A stretch of 64,000 bases of DNA. Origin: an uncultured bacterium. Its GTDB lineage: Bacteria > Deinococcota > Deinococci > Deinococcales > Trueperaceae. The position numbers and the translations under genes are program-made. The stretch covers positions 43 to 64,042 of the forward strand of contig CAYNOS010000009.1 of assembly GCA_964398985.1 (NCBI GenBank), read 5' to 3'. Shown piece by piece: positions 63,812 to 64,000 of this stretch (the stretch's first letter is position 1; each line of letters begins with the position of its first letter). The notes beneath the pieces were generated by a model. It was not told the DNA's origin, did no database searches, and saw only the letters and a program-made list of their open reading frames with translations.

Positions 63812-64000
63812 CGCCCGGCCGTCCCCGGTTGAGGTTGAGCACGACCGGCCACCACTGCTCGTATGCGCGTAGACAGCCGGGGGCGTAGAGCGGGCGCTCT
63901 GCCCGGTCGGCGCGGTGGGGATGGCAGCGGAGGAACCGGCGCGTTCGCGGTTGACGGTGATAGCATGACCTCGTACCTGACGGTTGGAACGCTAAGAGCG

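Noticed and set aside
63808-63966. 52-codon ORF (MLSPSTANAPVPPLPSPPRRPG...) whose TGA overlaps the imuB ATG; a possible miniature ImuA substitute.
   Set aside because: It is Pro/Arg/Ala-rich low complexity with third-position GC of only ~60 percent, lower than real genes here. The frame is open to the window edge, so it cannot be delimited. I keep it only as a note under the imuB finding.

Overview
Visibly GC-rich bacterial window, densely coding, with about 55 supported CDS. I found no rRNA, tRNA or CRISPR array. Gene content (LysN-like aminotransferase, PolX, HU, LexA, single-chain PFOR) looks Deinococcus-Thermus-like, but that is inference only.

The first ~43 kb is ordinary housekeeping and transport:
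- lexA, EamA and pepF, plus a peptide ABC importer
- a class-III aminotransferase, an FAD oxidase and nagB
- an iron-type ABC importer
- nifJ (PFOR) with a DHOD-like partner
- a rarA fusion, lepB, a HerA-like ATPase, polA, a GGDEF-EAL protein and surE
- small regulators, HU and YceI

From ~43.5 kb the content turns accessory or replicon-like:
- a tyrosine recombinase, a Fur-family regulator, an extremely acidic protein, GntR, uncharacterised proteins and a DEDDh exonuclease
- a co-directional rep - small membrane ORF - ligA - polX block
- a plasmid-type origin, with ~22-bp iterons built from 10.8-bp phased GTCCCC/TTCCC half-units, an AT-rich core, and parA-parB
- a second, inverted iteron cluster
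- an imuB - small Trp-rich ORF - dnaE2 mutagenesis cassette

The most interesting signals are:
- the iteron origin sitting among replication and repair genes that are normally essential
- a ParA that lacks the signature lysine
- a RarA-methyltransferase fusion
- a textbook lexA promoter with a palindromic candidate SOS operator
- an AT-rich ~43-bp palindrome near the recombinase

Limits: no homology search, no GC-skew analysis and no RNA folding were possible. All product calls rest on motifs read by eye. The ORF track reads ATG, GTG and TTG as Met, so many start codons are uncertain.
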